Shown: positions 62,954-64,000 of the stretch, piece after piece
How positions within the stretch are numbered: the first letter of the stretch is position 1
Layout: every line of letters starts with the position of its first letter
Source of the DNA: Desulfobacterales bacterium
GTDB lineage: Bacteria; Desulfobacterota; Desulfobacteria; Desulfobacterales; UBA2174
Assembly: GCA_963668645.2 (NCBI GenBank)
Contig: CAXXWC010000018.1
Coordinates: 224,001 to 288,000, forward strand
Length of the DNA: 64,000 nucleotides
Direction: 5' to 3'
Notes under the pieces: model-generated
Database searches by the model: none
Told to the model about the DNA's origin: nothing
The model's input: the letters and a program-made list of their open reading frames with translations, nothing else
Translations under genes and position numbers: made by a program

Positions 62954-64000
62954 TTATTGATTTGCTGGAGATCGTATGCACTTAACAGGAATGTTATTGT
63001 CTGTATAGTAACAGAATACCGGTGAAAAAAATCTAAACATGTTGACCACAAATTTTGCCTCAGGATCACACGAATCAAGAGCCTTTGCCTGGCAGTACTT
63101 TTGAAGAAAAGGAGTATGTAGCAAATCATGTATTTCCAGTTTTTCCTGTTCAGATAACAGGAGGTGCTCCCTGTCGGGATGGATAACATCTGCTTTTAAG
63201 CGCCATTGGATACGTTCGGTGGTTACCCCTTCCAAAATTCTCCGGAATGCATAGCGTTCAATCCCGTTATTAATTTTCAGGTGGGAAGGCAGGTTATAGG
63301 AAAATTCGACCAACGGAACATCCAGCATGGGGTAACGGAATTCTACCCGGAACATGCGGGCGCTTAGTTCCGAGTCAATCAGGCGTTGTTCAACGCCAAT
63401 ATCAAATAACTCACGGCGGTGATGAGCTTTGGTAGAATAATAATGGTGATAGCCATTGGTGAAGGCTTTTAATTGTGGGATTAAACGGTAACGCTTTATG
63501 TAGTTTTCCCTCAGCAGACTGTATTGACTTCTTTGCCACAGCGCATGTTCCAGGCCCCCGCGTTTCCGGGCATACCACCAGGCCAGTTGAGGCGCAAGAT
63601 GTTTCATCAGCAGATGTAGCCATGCTTTATATGGAGTACCTCCGCGGCCTCGTTTGTGTTTATCTTTGAACAACCGGTGTATCTTGCGCCATTTTAACGC
63701 GTTAAAAAGCTCGCTTTCGTAAAAATCGCCATAGGTTGAAACGCAGTGGTCGCCGCCCCATCCTGCCAGCAGCACGCGGGCATCCTTCTGATGTGCCAGT
63801 TTGCAATGCCATAACCATGCTCCCCGCAGGGCAAAGGCGCCTCCGGTATTGCTGATCAAATTTGCTTTATCCTCTTTTGCTGACTGTTCACGGGTCCATA
63901 CAGGCTGCAAATTATCATGCATATCCAGCATTTCAAAAATGTCTTGGTAGGTTTTCTCCCAAACCGGGCGTGTCTCTTCTGTTAACTCGGCACATTCATA
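62954..64000 (-). CDS. Asparagine synthase-like protein, C-terminal part (5' end outside the window)
   Basis: LLAGWGGD, EFRYPMLDVPLVEF, RYAFRR; the frame is open to 64000. Confidence 0.8.
   Translation of the reverse strand, partial: YECAELTEETRPVWEKTYQDIFEMLDMHDNLQPVWTREQSAKEDKANLISNTGGAFALRGAWLWHCKLAHQKDARVLLAGWGGDHCVSTYGDFYESELFNALKWRKIHRLFKDKHKRGRGGTPYKAWLHLLMKHLAPQLAWWYARKRGGLEHALWQRSQYSLLRENYIKRYRLIPQLKAFTNGYHHYYSTKAHHRRELFDIGVEQRLIDSELSARMFRVEFRYPMLDVPLVEFSYNLPSHLKINNGIERYAFRRILEGVTTERIQWRLKADVIHPDREHLLLSEQEKLEIHDLLHTPFLQKYCQAKALDSCDPEAKFVVNMFRFFSPVFCYYTDNNIPVKCIRSPANQ

Overview
GC-rich bacterial window, probably from a sulfate-reducing Desulfobacterota/deltaproteobacterium. This is an inference from ahbB, a DsrE-like protein, a deltaproteobacterial-type Zur box and a Gly-rich CFI-box sorting tail. 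From left to right: (1) 1.4-13.4 kb is a cluster of secreted proteins. Three consecutive genes share one cohesin-like domain, three proteins carry dockerin-like Ca-binding modules, and a 1617-aa Ig-repeat protein ends in GGGGGGGCFIDTA-TM-basic. This is the best candidate for an undescribed cellulosome-like surface assembly. (2) Three type II toxin-antitoxin pairs, each lying next to a copy of a dispersed palindromic repeat family. (3) ade, a DsrE-like gene, mtnA, ahbB and a B12-binding radical SAM gene. (4) A znuACB-zur operon with a Zur box and a MITE-like insert. (5) A TetR-controlled operon of class III aminotransferase, FGGY kinase, class II aldolase and MFS transporter. (6) Tandem cobalamin riboswitches ahead of btuB, a BtuF-CbiZ fusion and btuFCD. 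(7) An AT-richer island (about 38.9-54.9 kb) with a diguanylate cyclase, an orphan structured non-coding element, an ALDH pseudogene and a GntR-led catabolic operon (ICL/PEP-mutase lyase, TRAP transporter, two amidohydrolases, 2-oxoacid dehydrogenase complex, SDR). (8) An amidohydrolase-papain fusion, a PfpI protein, serB, a trans-sulfuration enzyme and a partial asparagine-synthase-like gene. Two genes have single frameshifts at G/C runs that may be sequencing errors. No rRNA, tRNA, CRISPR array, integrase or intact transposase was seen. All family calls come from motif recognition by eye; no database search was run.
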